A stretch of DNA of 63,974 bases, the filler included, from Octopus bimaculoides (taxonomy: Eukaryota): the NCBI RefSeq assembly GCF_001194135.2. It is 8 parts of 8 records of this genome, joined end to end, with 100 filler letters (N's around TTAATTAATTAA, not from the genome) between each part and the next. Parts side by side here need not be neighbours in the genome. Positions count along the whole stretch, not along the records: positions 62,214 to 63,974 come from NC_069007.1; 7 more parts are not named here. The stretch is one strand, 5' to 3'. The notes beneath the pieces are model-generated. The model was not told the origin of the DNA, ran no database searches, and saw only the letters and a program-made list of their open reading frames with translations. Numbering within the stretch: the first letter of the stretch is position 1; the number at the start of each line of letters is the position of its first letter. Shown one piece after another: positions 63,531-63,974 of this stretch. The position numbers and the translations under genes are program-made.

Positions 63531-63974
63531 ACACACACACACACACACGCATATATATATATATATATACATATATACATGCATATATAAAATCGCTATA
63601 TATATACATATATATATATATATGTACATGTGACACAACAAAATTTAGAATTGAATTATGATAATCTACAACGATTCACTAAGCTGCAAGAGAGTCAACA
63701 TCACATCTGGTGGCTGAGGGGTGACGATGTACATGGAGATCTTCATGTGATATACAGATAAATATTTGTCGCATTACCTTTCATGTTATGTGCAAGGTGT
63801 CGGACGAGAAGTAACAGATGCGGATTACAAGTGACTAAGAAGAGTTTATCCTTTCATATTCCGCTTCGGGCAATGCTTGTAAAGGCTGCATGAATTATTC
63901 ATATTTAATATCATAACAGTTTAAATGAGAACTTACACATCTCAATTCATATACGTTTAAACGTTTATATATAT

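Overview
AT-rich, microsatellite-dense animal genomic DNA with many N gaps. The SINE families match ones I recall from octopod cephalopods, so the taxon is an inference. I could not identify any intact host protein-coding gene with a recognisable domain, and most ORFs in the track are translations of microsatellites or gaps. What the sequence does support is a dense set of decayed mobile elements: three tRNA-derived SINE families; a near full-length Penelope-like element (RT + GIY-YIG, 57128-59117, minus); a second Penelope fragment nested antisense in an R4/Dong-type LINE; several mariner/Tc1 remnants; RTE, CR1-like and L1/Tx1-like LINE fragments; a hAT MITE with TSD; and a 174-bp near-perfect palindrome. 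The most interesting signal is a minus-strand module at 53415-54050. There a Penelope endonuclease end is followed by a tRNA-like Pol III A/B-box segment and a minimal type-I hammerhead ribozyme; other, more degenerate hammerhead-like cores occur at 51.6, 59.3 and 60.1 kb. The 15-27 kb interval is SINE-poor and contains coding-like islands and a phase-compatible exon chain, which may be an unannotated or decayed gene. A speculative neuropeptide-precursor-like frame lies at 0.1-2.7 kb. All translations and alignments were done by eye, and repeat boundaries are approximate.
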